Assembly (NCBI GenBank): GCA_047611725.1
Contig: JBLFWR010000002.1
Span: forward strand, 26,607-90,606
Direction of reading: 5' to 3'
DNA: 64,000 nt
Origin: Candidatus Binatia bacterium
Lineage (GTDB): Bacteria > Desulfobacterota > Binatia > UBA1149 > CAITLU01
The position numbers were made by a program, and so were the translations under genes. Positions 48,842 to 59,302 of this stretch are shown here, piece by piece; the stretch's first letter is position 1; each line of letters begins with the position of its first letter. The notes under the pieces are model-generated. The model had not been told where the DNA came from and ran no database searches. It saw nothing but the letters and a program-made list of their open reading frames with translations.

Positions 48842-49663
48842 TCAGAAGCGCAGCGACGAGCTGACTTGCGAGCCGTGCACGGCCTCGTGACACCCAGCGC
48901 TGAAGCAAGTCCCCTGACTGAGGAACAAGCTATGGTCTTGTCCGCCGATTTCCACGACACCGGGCCGTGGTTGTTCTTGGGTGTGACACTTCAAACACAC
49001 CGTAGCGTTGCTCTCGGTCAGCATCGCCTCATTCAAAGCACCGTGGGCGGCGTGGCAGGTGGTACAACCCTCACGCATCGCCTCGTGCACGAATACAAAC
49101 GGACCTCGTTGAGCGGTATGGCACTCGGTGCACCCCTGGTTCATCTCGTCGCCAGGCTCGACACGAAACGCTACCGATGACCCGGTATGCGGATCGTGGC
49201 AGTCGTTGCACGCCATTCGTGCAGGGCGCATCCCCAGCGGACCAACCGAAACCGGATGGCTATATGGAAGCGAGAAATGACCACGCACATTGGTGTGACA
49301 ACCGTAGCAGGTCTCCGGATTGTCCTCGGGGTTCACGATCAGCGCCGCCTCGCCTCCGGACTCGCCGTGTAAACTACCGGGGCCATGGCAGGACTCGCAT
49401 CCCAGTGTGTCGGCCGCCGGGCCCTTGACGCTTAAGAGAGCATGGGTCGCGTCATGGAAGTCCCGAGCGATGTCCTCGTGACAGACAGCGCATGTCTCGG
49501 TGCCCACAAACTCGGCACCAGGCTCGCCCACCGGCGTCACAAGAGGACCCGTGGTTGGGCTCGTACAGCCGGAGACCCCACCGAGCGTCGAACATGCGAA
49601 TATAAGTGTGAATGCGAGTGCCCGGCTCCAGCCGAGTTCTTGCCGTCGATTACGCAGACCCAT
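48842..49663 (-). CDS. Octaheme c-type cytochrome, periplasmic lipoprotein (MtrA/OmaB-like conduit component)
   Basis: Lipoprotein-type signal (…TLGGVSGC); CxxCH x7 (CAVCH, CESCH, CYGCH, CNDCH, CTECH, CTTCH, CLKCH) + atypical CFSAGCH; GGGGGAG RBS before ATG 49663. Confidence 0.8.
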   Translation of the reverse strand: MGLRNRRQELGWSRALAFTLIFACSTLGGVSGCTSPTTGPLVTPVGEPGAEFVGTETCAVCHEDIARDFHDATHALLSVKGPAADTLGCESCHGPGSLHGESGGEAALIVNPEDNPETCYGCHTNVRGHFSLPYSHPVSVGPLGMRPARMACNDCHDPHTGSSVAFRVEPGDEMNQGCTECHTAQRGPFVFVHEAMREGCTTCHAAHGALNEAMLTESNATVCLKCHTQEQPRPGVVEIGGQDHSLFLSQGTCFSAGCHEAVHGSQVSSSLRF

Positions 49664-50152
49664 TTTCAAATCTCCCCCCATCACGCTCCAGAACGGAACA
49701 CCCATCAGTGTAACACAGCGCTCTCATCAAGTTCATCCTGTTCGCCCTGTTCAAGACTCACGGCCTGTTAAAGTTCGCGCGGAGGAAAAGAGGAAATAAA
49801 TTCAGCGCGATTCCACAAGTACGTATCCAAGCTTGGTGCCAGTCCGGCGTTTGGCTTCGGTCCGCCTCGTCCTAACGGTGAGCACGGTAGATTCAACAGT
49901 ACTTGAGCGACATTTCGTCGCGCAGAATTCCCGCCGATGCGAATTCCTCTTCACTCTTGGGAAAAGTAGTCGACACGAAGCACAACAAGCCGAACTCGAC
50001 CCAAGTCTCATGCGATGCCTGCAGCAGTTTTGTTGGCGCAGGCGTTGCATGTCTTCCGCTGGCAGACTAATTCAAGTGCGAATGCTGTCGTATCGACGGC
50101 GATCAGTAACGGACGAAGTTCGTTCAGAGCTTTGGGGGGTCAGGGCTTCAGC

Positions 50153-51868
50153 ATGCGAAATTCCAGAGGAAGCAAATTTAATTTTGGCGGGATCTTGGCC
50201 GCGTGCCTTGTGTCGGTTATCGCACTCGGCTGCGACGGTGACGACAACACCACGGTTATCAACGAGACCGACTTGCCGATAGCGGTTGCCGCCGACGCGG
50301 CGACAATAACAACCGGCAACCAGATTCAGGTCAGCGCCACCGCCGGTGGTGGTGGCGATGCCGGTATTAGCGGATCGCTATCCTACGAATGGTTTGCCGC
50401 TGGCGGTCGCTTCACGAACGCGAACGCCGCCGAAACAGGCTGGACTGCGCCCGACGAAACCGGAGTTTTCACTGTCTCGGTTTTGATCAGCGACGGTGTA
50501 CGCGCGGGCATCGGTTCGGTTAACATCACGGTCGATCAATACGAACCGACGGTTGAGCCTCATTACGTAGGCGCCGTTGTCTGCTCGGGTTGCCACGCCA
50601 GCGACGAGATTGCCGGTGATCAGTTCAACCCCTGGAGCCAAAGCGACCATGGCGACGCTCTCGCGACCCTCGATGACATCGGCCAAGGGGAGAATGGTTT
50701 CTGTGTCGGGTGTCATACGGTCGGCACCTACGGGATTTTGGCCGACGAGGATCTCGACAACGGCGGCTACGACGATACCGCCGTACCGCGGTTGGCGAAT
50801 GTGCAGTGTGAAAACTGCCACGGCCCGGGTAGCGAGCACCCCACGACCAACTTCACGTCGGTGCAGGTCAGCATGGATCCGTCGATCTGCGGCGATTGTC
50901 ACAACGGAACGCATCACCCTACGTTTGATGAATGGTCCGATTCGCTCCACGCAGTTCCGATCGGATTCGCCGCAGGCCGCAACACTTGCGCTAAATGTCA
51001 CAACGGCATCGAAGCGGTGCGCTACCTCGACGATCCGCTTAACTATGTGGCGCCATCCGCGAATCCGACGGAAATCGTCGGCCAGGTTTGCGCGACCTGC
51101 CACGATCCGCACGGCAACGACAACCCTAGTCAGCTTCGCAACGCATCTGTCACCGATGTCGTTCTTCCAAACTCGGTTATCGTCGAAGAAGCCGGTGCCG
51201 GACGCCTGTGCATGTCGTGCCACAACGGTCGTCGCCAAGACTTCGACGTCTTAGAACAGATTGACGAAGGCTCTGGCCACTTCGGGCCGCACCATTCGGT
51301 GCAGGGCGACATGCTCAAAGGGGTTAACGCCTACGAGGAGCTCGCGCCTGGCTTCAGCTTCGTTTCAAGCAAGCACTTGCTGATCGGCGACGGTTGCGTG
51401 AATTGCCACACCGCAGCTTTTGATGTCGACACGGTCGGTGGCATCGAACACTTCACAGGACACACCTTCAGGCCTCACGTCGAAGCCTGTCAGGACTGTC
51501 ACGGCAACGTCGAAGAATTCGAAGACATTGGCGCGAAGCAGGACTTTGATGGCGACGGTGTGATCGAAGGCGTTCAAGATGAAGTTCGTGGTCTCGCCGA
51601 CAACCTGCGAGAAGCAATCATCGATGCCAGCACGAGCCCCGAGGCGCGGCAGGCGCTGCTCGACGACTTCGAAGGCGCGGTTGGCAACATCACAATCAGC
51701 ACGCGCAAGCAGCGTGAAGCGGCGTACAATCTGTTCTTTGTTGAATTCGATGGATCCAGCGGCGTCCACAACGCCAACTACGCGATCCAGCTTTTGCAGC
51801 AGAGCATTCTGTACATTGATGAATCGGGCATGCCCGCCGGTGCCCAGCTGCTAGTCGCCGCAGACTGA
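50153..51868 (+). CDS. Nonaheme c-type cytochrome lipoprotein with N-terminal Ig/PKD-like domain (MtrC/OmcB-like outer-surface candidate)
   Basis: Signal + lipobox FGGILAACLVSVIALGC; CxxCH x9 (CSGCH, CVGCH, CENCH, CGDCH, CAKCH, CATCH, CMSCH, CVNCH, CQDCH). Confidence 0.8.
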   Translation: MRNSRGSKFNFGGILAACLVSVIALGCDGDDNTTVINETDLPIAVAADAATITTGNQIQVSATAGGGGDAGISGSLSYEWFAAGGRFTNANAAETGWTAPDETGVFTVSVLISDGVRAGIGSVNITVDQYEPTVEPHYVGAVVCSGCHASDEIAGDQFNPWSQSDHGDALATLDDIGQGENGFCVGCHTVGTYGILADEDLDNGGYDDTAVPRLANVQCENCHGPGSEHPTTNFTSVQVSMDPSICGDCHNGTHHPTFDEWSDSLHAVPIGFAAGRNTCAKCHNGIEAVRYLDDPLNYVAPSANPTEIVGQVCATCHDPHGNDNPSQLRNASVTDVVLPNSVIVEEAGAGRLCMSCHNGRRQDFDVLEQIDEGSGHFGPHHSVQGDMLKGVNAYEELAPGFSFVSSKHLLIGDGCVNCHTAAFDVDTVGGIEHFTGHTFRPHVEACQDCHGNVEEFEDIGAKQDFDGDGVIEGVQDEVRGLADNLREAIIDASTSPEARQALLDDFEGAVGNITISTRKQREAAYNLFFVEFDGSSGVHNANYAIQLLQQSILYIDESGMPAGAQLLVAAD

Positions 51869-51878
51869 AATCAGCAGA

Positions 51879-53558
51879 GTGACCACAGCTCGGCCGCTCG
51901 ACGAAACGACGGCCGATGACCTCCTGAAGCCCGACGCCTACCCGGATGATCCGAGTACGGCGTCGGGCCTTCACCAAATCCAAACGCATATTTCGCGCGT
52001 CTTCCTGAGTGGAGAGCGCGTCTATAAATTCCGCAAGCCTGTTGCGTTCGACTTCGTCGATTTCTCCACCATCGAGGCGCGCAATCACGATTGCTGCCGA
52101 GAAGTCGAGCTCAACCGTCGGCTCGCGGCCAACGTCTATTTCGGCATTGCTCCGCTACTGACCGTTTCAGGACACGCCGTGGTGGGGCCCGTCGGCGAAA
52201 CAATCGTCGACCCAACGCTCGAACACTGCGTCGTCATGCGTCGTCTTCCGGACGGGCGAGACGGGCTGTCGTTGTTGGATAAGAACCTGCTCGGAGTTTC
52301 CGAGATCGACCAGACAGCCGAGCGCATCGCCGAGTTTCATCGCCACGCTCAGCTGACGCCGGTTCCAGTATTGGATCGTGAAACTTGGTACGCGCGAGTC
52401 TCGGGCCCGATGCTCGCCAACTTCGAGTCTTTCGATGATGAGACCGCGTCTGTCGACGATTCTGATCAGGACCCTGACCAACCATCACTTCAACAGACAA
52501 TGTCGAGTTTGCGCCGTGCCACAAAAGCCGCATTGGCTGCGAACCGCGAAACCTTAGAGACCCGGCGCCTGGCCGGGAAAGTCGTGGACGGCCACGGCGA
52601 CCTGCATGTCGCGCATCTTTGGTTCGATGAAAGTTCACCGGACGTGTTGGTCGTGGATTGCTTGGAGTTTCGCGATGACTTGCGACAGATCGACCAGGCA
52701 GCCGATGTCGCCTTCCTCGCGATGGATCTCACCTATCGTGGCCGCGCTGATTTGGCTGGCCGATTCGTTCGTCGCTACGCACGCGCGATTGATGACTACG
52801 GGCTGTATGAAGTCCTGGATCTGTTCTGCGCCTACCGCGCCACCGTGCGCGCAAAGGTGGCTCACCTTTCGGCGATCGCTCCCGAGATTCCAGCCTCGCA
52901 GCGTGAAAACGCCAGCCATAGCGCCAAGCGCCACGCAGAGCTCGGGCTACAGTTTCTTGCTGCTCAACGCCGCCCTGGGCTTGTTGTGATGACCGGCACG
53001 GTCGGCTCCGGGAAGTCCACGGTTGCCGAGTACCTGGCCGACGCACTGGATGCTGTCGTTATTTCGTCCGACCACGTGCGCCGGCACGTTCACGCCACTG
53101 CCGCTGCCACCGACGCTGCCGCAGCATCCGGGCCCGGCACCGGGCGCTACGAGCCGGAACTAAAGCAGCAGGTTTACGAAGAAATGCTCAACCGCGCGGA
53201 GGCAGTTGTGCGGTCGGGACGCGTCGCAATTTTGGACGCCACATTCTCAAAAACGACAACGCGCGATGCGGCCCGGCGATGGGCCGCCGATCATTCCTTG
53301 CCAGCCTGGCTCGTGCGAGCTGAGATTTCGCCGGAGGTCGCGCGCAGTCGACTGCACGTAAGAAGCATACGAGGGCAGGACGCTTCAGAGGCCGGCCCCG
53401 AACTGCTCGAGTACAGCCTCAACAACTACGAGGCTCCCGAAGAGTGGCCCGCGGATTGCATATTCGGTGTCCGAACGGATCCGACCGACTGGCACCAATC
53501 GCTGGAGCCAATTGTGGCCACCATAGCCCAAGGCACACGGATCCCTTCAAAGGGATGA
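51879..53558 (+). CDS. Bifunctional phosphotransferase-like / P-loop kinase (AAA_33-type) protein
   Basis: C-terminal Walker A VVMTGTVGSGKSTVAEYLA; N-terminal APH-like fold suggested. Confidence 0.5.
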   Translation: MTTARPLDETTADDLLKPDAYPDDPSTASGLHQIQTHISRVFLSGERVYKFRKPVAFDFVDFSTIEARNHDCCREVELNRRLAANVYFGIAPLLTVSGHAVVGPVGETIVDPTLEHCVVMRRLPDGRDGLSLLDKNLLGVSEIDQTAERIAEFHRHAQLTPVPVLDRETWYARVSGPMLANFESFDDETASVDDSDQDPDQPSLQQTMSSLRRATKAALAANRETLETRRLAGKVVDGHGDLHVAHLWFDESSPDVLVVDCLEFRDDLRQIDQAADVAFLAMDLTYRGRADLAGRFVRRYARAIDDYGLYEVLDLFCAYRATVRAKVAHLSAIAPEIPASQRENASHSAKRHAELGLQFLAAQRRPGLVVMTGTVGSGKSTVAEYLADALDAVVISSDHVRRHVHATAAATDAAAASGPGTGRYEPELKQQVYEEMLNRAEAVVRSGRVAILDATFSKTTTRDAARRWAADHSLPAWLVRAEISPEVARSRLHVRSIRGQDASEAGPELLEYSLNNYEAPEEWPADCIFGVRTDPTDWHQSLEPIVATIAQGTRIPSKG

Positions 53559-53562
53559 TTTC

Positions 53563-56500
53563 ATGAACAGTGGCCACGCCGTCACGATCGACGGCAATGA
53601 AGCCGCGGCCTCAGTCGCGTACCGAACCAGTGAAGTGATTGCGATTTACCCGATCACCCCCGCATCGACAATGGGAGAACTCGCCGACGATTGGTCGGCG
53701 CATGGCCGCAGTAATATTTGGGGCGGGACACCCGACGTCATCGAGATGCAATCTGAAGGTGGCGCCGCCGGCGCCGTTCACGGCGCGCTTCAAGCCGGCG
53801 CCTTGACCACCACCTTCACGGCCTCGCAGGGCCTGCTGTTAATGATCCCCAACATGTACAAGGTCGCTGGCGAGCTCACACCGTTTTGCATGCACGTGGC
53901 AGCGCGAACTTTGGCGACCCACGCGCTGTCGATCTTCGGAGATCATTCCGACGTAATGGCCTGCCGTCAGACCGGCTTCGCCATGCTTGCTTCCGCGTCG
54001 CCGCAGGAAGCCCAAGACATGGCGTGCATCGCCACGATGGCCACCTTGCGCTCGCGGATTCCGTTCCTCCATTTTTTCGACGGCTTTAGAACCTCACACC
54101 AAATCGACACGCTAACGACTCTGTCCGACGACGACTTGCGCGCTTTGATCGATCATGAAGCGATTGATGCCCATCGCGCCCGCGCCCTGACCCCCGACAA
54201 TCCGGTTTTGCGTGGCACCGCGCAAAACCCAGACGTGTTTTTTCAAGCGCGCGAGGCGATCAACCCGTACTACGAGGCCTGCACACGCGAAGTCATCGAC
54301 GCGATGGATGCCTTCGGCGCAAGAACGGGCCGGCATTACTCTCCTTTCGAGTACATTGGCGATCCAAACGCAGAACGCGTCATCGTGATCATGGGCTCGG
54401 GAGCGGAAACCGTCCAAGCAACCGTAGAGTGGCTGGCCGAACGCAACGAACGCGTCGGAGTTCTACGCGTTCGTCTCTTCCGCCCGTTCTCCTGTGAACT
54501 GATGCTCGCCGCATTGCCGGATACCGTTAAGACAATAGCGGTGATGGATCGCACCAAGGAGCCTGGTTCAGCAGGTGAACCGCTGTACCAGGATATCGTC
54601 ACCGCACTGTGGGAGCGGAGCCAAAACCCTGACCGCGCCGCACAAGAACAAGGCAAACGATCCAGGGTAGAGCCCATGGTTATCGGCGGACGCTACGGGC
54701 TTTCATCCAAAGAGTTCACCCCAGCGATGGTCGCCGCCGTGTACAAGGAACTGGCAGCCGAGCGACCTCGCACGCGATTCACCGTTGGTATTGTTGACGA
54801 CGTTACCCACCTGTCGCTGACCGTTGACGCCGAATTCGAGATCGAAGAGCCCGAAGTTATGCGCACCGTGGTTTACGGACTTGGGTCTGACGGAACGGTG
54901 GGCGCCAATAAGAGTTCGATCAAACTGATCGGTGAAGAAACCGACAACTACGCCCAGGGCTACTTCGTCTACGATTCGAAGAAAGCAGGGGCAGTCACAA
55001 TTTCGCACCTTCGCTTCGGCCCCAATCCATTTCGGGCCCCTTACCTGATTCGAAAAGCGAGCTTCGTAGCCTGCCATCAGTATTCGTTTCTCGAACAGTT
55101 CGATGTCCTTGAATTGGCCGAACCTGGCGCAGTGTTTCTGCTCAACGCTCCCTATGACCCCGACGCGGTATGGGATCGGCTGCCAAGAGAAGTACAGGAC
55201 ACAATTGTCGAAAAGCGCCTTCGCTTCTATGTGATCGATGCCTACGCGCTGGCCCGCGAAGCTGGAGTCGGGCCGCGCATCAATACGATCATGCAGACCT
55301 GCTTTTTCGAGATTTCCGGGATTCTCGGCGCTGTTGACCCCGTTGCAAGAATCAAAAAGTCGGTCGAGGCCAACTATGGCAAGAAGGGGCCCGAGATTTT
55401 GCGGCGCAACTTTGCGGCGATTGAACAGACGTTACCTCGGCTACACGAGGTTACCGTCCCCACTGCCGCGACCGCCACGCACTACCGGCCCCCCATTGTC
55501 GCGCCGGAAGCACCGGATTTTGTGCAACGTGTAACGGCGGTCATTCTCGCCAATCGCGGAGACTACCTGCCGGTCAGCGCTTTTCCGGTAGATGGAACGT
55601 GGCCTCTGGGAACAAGCAAGTGGGAGAAACGAAATCTTGCGGCGGAAATTCCCGTCTGGGATACGGCGATTTGTATCCAATGCAACAAGTGCGTTCTGGT
55701 GTGTCCCCATGCAGCGATTCGCGCCAAGGTCTATCCGGACGCAGAACAGTCGGCACCTGCTACATTTAAGTCGACCCCGTATCGCGGACGAGAGTTACCC
55801 GATCACACCTACTCTCTTCAGGTCGCCCCCGAAGACTGCACCGGCTGTTCACTGTGCGTCGAAGTTTGTCCCGCCAAGGACAAGGCCAACCCACGCCACA
55901 AAGCGATCGACATGGTCTCTCAGCCGCAGCTTCGTGAGTCCGAACGAGACAACTACGACTACTTCCTTTCGATACCCGAAATTGATCGCACAACGATGCG
56001 CATCGATCTCAAAAGCTCACAGTTTCTCGAGCCGTTGTTCGAGTACTCCGGTGCCTGTGCGGGTTGCGGTGAAACTCCATACCTAAAGTTACTCACCCAG
56101 CTGTTCGGCGACCGTGCGTTGATCGCCAACGCTACCGGTTGTTCTTCCATCTACGGTGGGAACTTACCGACTACGCCCTACACCGTTAACACCGAAGGGC
56201 GCGGTCCCGCGTGGTCGAATTCTTTGTTCGAAGACAACGCCGAGTTCGGACTTGGGATGCGCTTGGCGGTGGACTATCAGCGAGAGCTCGCCCGCGCGGC
56301 AGTATCAACCCTGGCTACGCAGCTCGGTGAACCGCTCGTCACCGAAACACTGACTGCCGACATGACACACGAAGCTGGCATCGCACGGCAACGGGAACGC
56401 GTTAGTGCCATTCGAAAAAAGCTCAACGGACTTACAGCCGGAACGGGCCTGAGCACAGAAGAAACAGCCGCAGTAGGCGTCCTGCGAACCTGCGCCGACC

Positions 56501-57249
56501 AGTTGGTCAAGAAAAGCGTATGGCTTGTGGGTGGCGATGGCTGGGCCTACGACATCGGTTTCGGTGGTCTCGACCACGTTCTTTCCACCGGCCGTGACGT
56601 CAACATTCTTGTGTTAGACACCGAGGTCTACTCGAATACCGGAGGGCAACAATCGAAGGCGACTCCGATGGCGGCGTCTGCCAAGTTCGCTGTAGCCGGG
56701 AAAGAGTCGAGCAAGAAAGACCTGGGACTGATCGCGATGAGTTACGGCAACGCCTACGTTGCCCGCGTTGCGTTCGGAGCCAAGGATCAGCAAACCGTAA
56801 GAGCGTTCCAAGAGGCCGAGGCCTACCCGGGCCCGTCACTGATCATTGCCTACTCGCATTGCATCGCACACGGCTACGATCTTGCGCAGGGAGCGCGCCA
56901 GCAAAAACTCGCCGTAGACTCTGGTGTTTGGCCGCTCTACCGATTCGACCCGTTGCGCCGAGAAAATGGCGACCCTCCCCTGCATTTGGATTGCCCTCCG
57001 CCCAAGATTCGCGCGACCGAGTATATGCGCGGCGAAGCCCGCTTCCGCATTGCCGAGAAAGTGGATCCGAAACGCTTCAAGAGATTGATCGCGACCGCGT
57101 CGCAACAGGCGACGGAACGCTACGCGCTGTATCAGCAACTCGCTGGGATCACGGTCAACCATGCTGACAACCATGCGGACAAGCATACGGGCGACGCATC
57201 ACCTACGGAGAAAGCCCACGCGCCTACCTCCACATCAAAAAAGGATTGA
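53563..57249 (+). CDS. Pyruvate:ferredoxin (flavodoxin) oxidoreductase, single-chain PFOR/NifJ type
   Basis: 1228 aa; domains I-VII including ferredoxin-like CIQCNKCVLVCPHAAIR / CTGCSLCVEVCP and TPP-binding GDGW. Confidence 0.9.
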   Translation: MNSGHAVTIDGNEAAASVAYRTSEVIAIYPITPASTMGELADDWSAHGRSNIWGGTPDVIEMQSEGGAAGAVHGALQAGALTTTFTASQGLLLMIPNMYKVAGELTPFCMHVAARTLATHALSIFGDHSDVMACRQTGFAMLASASPQEAQDMACIATMATLRSRIPFLHFFDGFRTSHQIDTLTTLSDDDLRALIDHEAIDAHRARALTPDNPVLRGTAQNPDVFFQAREAINPYYEACTREVIDAMDAFGARTGRHYSPFEYIGDPNAERVIVIMGSGAETVQATVEWLAERNERVGVLRVRLFRPFSCELMLAALPDTVKTIAVMDRTKEPGSAGEPLYQDIVTALWERSQNPDRAAQEQGKRSRVEPMVIGGRYGLSSKEFTPAMVAAVYKELAAERPRTRFTVGIVDDVTHLSLTVDAEFEIEEPEVMRTVVYGLGSDGTVGANKSSIKLIGEETDNYAQGYFVYDSKKAGAVTISHLRFGPNPFRAPYLIRKASFVACHQYSFLEQFDVLELAEPGAVFLLNAPYDPDAVWDRLPREVQDTIVEKRLRFYVIDAYALAREAGVGPRINTIMQTCFFEISGILGAVDPVARIKKSVEANYGKKGPEILRRNFAAIEQTLPRLHEVTVPTAATATHYRPPIVAPEAPDFVQRVTAVILANRGDYLPVSAFPVDGTWPLGTSKWEKRNLAAEIPVWDTAICIQCNKCVLVCPHAAIRAKVYPDAEQSAPATFKSTPYRGRELPDHTYSLQVAPEDCTGCSLCVEVCPAKDKANPRHKAIDMVSQPQLRESERDNYDYFLSIPEIDRTTMRIDLKSSQFLEPLFEYSGACAGCGETPYLKLLTQLFGDRALIANATGCSSIYGGNLPTTPYTVNTEGRGPAWSNSLFEDNAEFGLGMRLAVDYQRELARAAVSTLATQLGEPLVTETLTADMTHEAGIARQRERVSAIRKKLNGLTAGTGLSTEETAAVGVLRTCADQLVKKSVWLVGGDGWAYDIGFGGLDHVLSTGRDVNILVLDTEVYSNTGGQQSKATPMAASAKFAVAGKESSKKDLGLIAMSYGNAYVARVAFGAKDQQTVRAFQEAEAYPGPSLIIAYSHCIAHGYDLAQGARQQKLAVDSGVWPLYRFDPLRRENGDPPLHLDCPPPKIRATEYMRGEARFRIAEKVDPKRFKRLIATASQQATERYALYQQLAGITVNHADNHADKHTGDASPTEKAHAPTSTSKKD

Positions 57250-57252
57250 GTC

Positions 57253-58266
57253 ATGGATCTTTCCACAACGTATCTCGGCCTGAACCTTCCGCACCCGCTC
57301 ATGCCCGGGGCATCGCCTATGGTTGATGATCTCGACACCGTTCGACAGCTCGAAGATGCCGGGGCGGCAGCGATCGTGCTTCACTCGCTGTTCGAAGAAC
57401 AACTGGTGGGGGAACAGATGGAATCGTTCCATGCGACCGATTTCCACAGCGATGCATTCGCGGAAGCCAGTTCGTTCTTGCCTGAACCCGATGCGTTCGT
57501 CCTTGGGCCAGACGACTATCTTGAAATGCTGGCCAGCATTAAGGAGTCCGTCAGTGTTCCCGTCATTGGTTCACTGAACGGTTCAACGCTGGGAGGTTGG
57601 CTAGAACAGGCCGGAATGATCGAACAGGCGGGCGCCGACGCGCTCGAACTCAACCTATACTCCGTCGCCGGAGATCTGTCGGAGCAAGGGCACACCATAG
57701 AGGCGCGCGCTATTGAAATTTGCGAGGCCGTCAAACAAACGGTCTCGATTCCAGTGGCGGTCAAACTCTCGCCCTTCTACACGTCGCTTCCCAATCTAGC
57801 TCACGGCCTAGATGGAGTCGGCGTTGACGGCTTGGTCTTGTTCAACCGCTTCTATCAACCCGACATCGACATTGAAGAGCTTGAGGTCAAGCACACGCTG
57901 CAGCTGTCCGATTCAAGTGAACTCCTCCCGCGCCTTCGATGGCTAGCGATATTGGCCGGACGCGTAGATTGTTCGCTAGCGGTGACCGGCGGTGTTCACA
58001 CCACAGAAGATGCGATCAAATCGATCATGTGTGGTGCGCATGCGGTTCAAATGGTTTCAGCGTTGTTGCAGCACGGCCCCGCGCACCTCACTAAGATTCA
58101 TCGCGAACTAGAGACCTGGATGGAAGAACACGAGTACGAATCCCTGACACAAATGCAGGGGAGCATGAGCCTGGAACGATGCCCCAACCCCACCGCTTAC
58201 GAGCGCGCAAATTATGTACAGGTACTTCAGAGTTGGTGGCGTCACGTTCCCGGGACCTCGCACTAG
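57253..58266 (+). CDS. Dihydroorotate dehydrogenase-like (class 1 DHOD/DHPD TIM-barrel) protein
   Basis: 337 aa; starts 4 nt after PFOR stop. Confidence 0.65.
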   Translation: MDLSTTYLGLNLPHPLMPGASPMVDDLDTVRQLEDAGAAAIVLHSLFEEQLVGEQMESFHATDFHSDAFAEASSFLPEPDAFVLGPDDYLEMLASIKESVSVPVIGSLNGSTLGGWLEQAGMIEQAGADALELNLYSVAGDLSEQGHTIEARAIEICEAVKQTVSIPVAVKLSPFYTSLPNLAHGLDGVGVDGLVLFNRFYQPDIDIEELEVKHTLQLSDSSELLPRLRWLAILAGRVDCSLAVTGGVHTTEDAIKSIMCGAHAVQMVSALLQHGPAHLTKIHRELETWMEEHEYESLTQMQGSMSLERCPNPTAYERANYVQVLQSWWRHVPGTSH

Positions 58267-58365
58267 CGCCGTTTTTCATAACCACAAAGAACGCAGGAAA
58301 AGTGGTGTTTGTCGCGAAAGCAGAGCTAAAGTACAGATGTCCTCGGGCCGCGTCCTAACCGTGAC

Positions 58366-59226
58366 ATGAACATTCAGCATTTCTTCGATGAGGCTACATC
58401 TAGCCTGACCTACGTGGTAGATGACGGTACAATCGGAGTCGTTATCGACCCTGTTCGTGACTACGACCCGAACAACGCCCGAACCTCCTGGGAATCAGCA
58501 GAGCACGTAGCACGATTCATCGACGCGCGAGGGATCTCTATTCCTTACGTGATCGACACCCACGCCCACGCCGATCACCTGACCGGGCTTCCTTTTTTCA
58601 AAGACCGCTACGGCGCCAAGACGGTAACCGGAGCGAGAATCGGCGAAATCCAGAAAAGCTTTCGCGACATCTACGATTTCGACCCCACATTTCCCGCCAA
58701 CGGCAGTCAATTCGACGTCTTGGTTGATGAAGGACAGCGCCTGACTTTCGGTTCGTTGCAGGTCGAAGCGCTACATACACCCGGCCACACACCGGCCCAC
58801 ATGTCCTGGCGTATCCTCGACGTTGTATTTGTTGGCGACACCCTGTTCATGCCCGACTACGGATCTGCCCGTTGCGACTTCCCAGGTGGATCGGCAGCCA
58901 TGCTCTTCGACTCCATCCAACGCCTCTATGCGATGCCCGACGAAACCCGACTGTTCATGTGCCACGACTACCGTCCCGACGGACGCCCGTTGGCCTACCA
59001 CACGACCGTCGGCGAGCAGAAGCGACGCAACATTCAGATCAGTGAGCGAACAACGCGAGAGGAGTACATCGCGTTCCGTGCCAAAAGAGATGCGACCCTA
59101 GCCGCGCCTCGCCTTATTCTGCCATCGGTCCAGGTCAATATTTGTGCGGGCGAGCTTCCATCTGCTGCTGCCAACGGAACGTCGTACTTAAAAATTCCTT
59201 TGAACCGACTTGGAGCCACGAAGTGA
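58366..59226 (+). CDS. MBL-fold metallo-hydrolase (persulfide dioxygenase/ETHE1-like)
   Basis: DTHAHADHLTG metal-binding motif; followed by TauE and YeeE genes. Confidence 0.78.
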   Translation: MNIQHFFDEATSSLTYVVDDGTIGVVIDPVRDYDPNNARTSWESAEHVARFIDARGISIPYVIDTHAHADHLTGLPFFKDRYGAKTVTGARIGEIQKSFRDIYDFDPTFPANGSQFDVLVDEGQRLTFGSLQVEALHTPGHTPAHMSWRILDVVFVGDTLFMPDYGSARCDFPGGSAAMLFDSIQRLYAMPDETRLFMCHDYRPDGRPLAYHTTVGEQKRRNIQISERTTREEYIAFRAKRDATLAAPRLILPSVQVNICAGELPSAAANGTSYLKIPLNRLGATK

Positions 59227-59302
59227 GTCTGACCCGCTTCGCGTCTGGTCGTGGAAAAGCACTGCCGTGTAACGACACCGAAACTACGGGTGAGACGCTT
59301 CG

